Assembly (NCBI GenBank): GCA_963731595.1
Contig: CAVSWE010000003.1
Span: forward strand, 300,948 to 345,914
DNA from: an uncultured delta proteobacterium
GTDB lineage: Bacteria; Myxococcota_A; Polyangia; Polyangiales; Polyangiaceae
DNA: 44,967 bases
Direction: 5' to 3'
Each line of letters begins with the position of its first letter. Position 1 is the first letter of the stretch. Both the position numbers and the translations under genes were made by a program. Below are positions 44,703 through 44,967 of the stretch, in pieces. The notes beneath the pieces were generated by a model that was given only the letters and a program-made list of their open reading frames with translations, was not told the origin of the DNA and ran no database searches.

Positions 44703-44967
44703 TTACTGCCCCCCAGCAACGTTGACTGGCACCGAGCTGCTCGTGGTCCAGCTGTTGCCGAGTTGACCGGAGCTGTTATCGCCCCAGCAATACACCGCAC
44801 CGCCGAGGCTTGGGCCGCCGGGCGTTGGGCCGGTATACGGAAGACCTATCATGCCACACGTGTGGCGGCCCCCCGCACTGATCCACGCAAAACTAAGTCC
44901 ACCCGAAACAAGCACCGGTGTCGTGCTGTTCGTCATCGTGCCGTTACCGAGTTGTCCAAAGCTGTTG
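44703..44967 (-). CDS. RCC1/BLIP-II-type repeat protein. Only the C-terminal part is present because the gene continues beyond the right edge.
   Basis: The reverse strand reads ...[37 protein letters not shown]...[27 protein letters not shown]. These are repeated YCWG.N..GQLG blades typical of RCC1-like beta-propellers. Confidence 0.65.
   Translation of the reverse strand, partial: NSFGQLGNGTMTNSTTPVLVSGGLSFAWISAGGRHTCGMIGLPYTGPTPGGPSLGGAVYCWGDNSSGQLGNSWTTSSSVPVNVAGGQ

Noticed and set aside
1-44967. CRISPR arrays, rRNA genes or intact tRNAs.
   Set aside because: No regularly spaced direct repeats were seen, only short tandem duplications (14 bp x2 at 38161 and 10 bp x2, gtagtgacgc, at 21969-21988). 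No rRNA-like conserved stretches were noticed.

Overview
This is a 45 kb window from a GC-rich, proteobacterial-type genome, judged from gene content and the beta/gamma-proteobacterial style of its small stress proteins. All calls come from manual reading of the six-frame translations. No database search was run, and frameshift counts are manual estimates.

Layout:
- 1-7.6 kb: a clean core block for anaerobic C4-dicarboxylate metabolism. It holds the start of 2-oxoacid:ferredoxin oxidoreductase (gamma and alpha subunits), a Wolinella-type frdCAB fumarate reductase, and a dctPQM TRAP transporter.
- 7.7-12.0 kb: the most interesting part, a tightly packed peptide-maturation cluster I cannot assign to any described pathway. 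It reads MftB/PqqD-like chaperone, then radical SAM 1, then a MenA/UbiA-like prenyltransferase, then radical SAM 2, then a roughly 51-codon PqqA-like precursor peptide, then radical SAM 3. The three radical SAM paralogs lack the SPASM cysteine motifs. A monohaem cytochrome c and dsbB follow. This cluster is riddled with frame disruptions.
- 13.5-18.5 kb: an SDR, a frameshifted phosphotransferase/P-loop kinase, a hemerythrin-like protein, and a frameshifted hemN preceded by an FNR-type box.
- 19-36 kb: visibly less GC-rich accessory DNA. It carries small stress proteins (entericidin, DUF3309, CsbD, DUF883), sodB, a four-domain beta/gamma-crystallin protein, two Crp/Fnr paralogs flanking a CHRD lipoprotein, ChaN, a Sel1-repeat protein, and a CPT-like kinase.
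- 36-45 kb: mobile-element wreckage. It includes IS1182, IS5, IS30 and IS110 remnants, a 5'-truncated arylsulfatase with a 148-bp internal inversion, a tRNA-Phe 3' fragment beside an integrase scrap, a ParE toxin-antitoxin pair, and a zeta-like kinase.

Frame disruptions are strongly clustered rather than uniform. I cannot tell from the sequence alone whether they reflect locally poor consensus (indel errors) or genuine gene decay.
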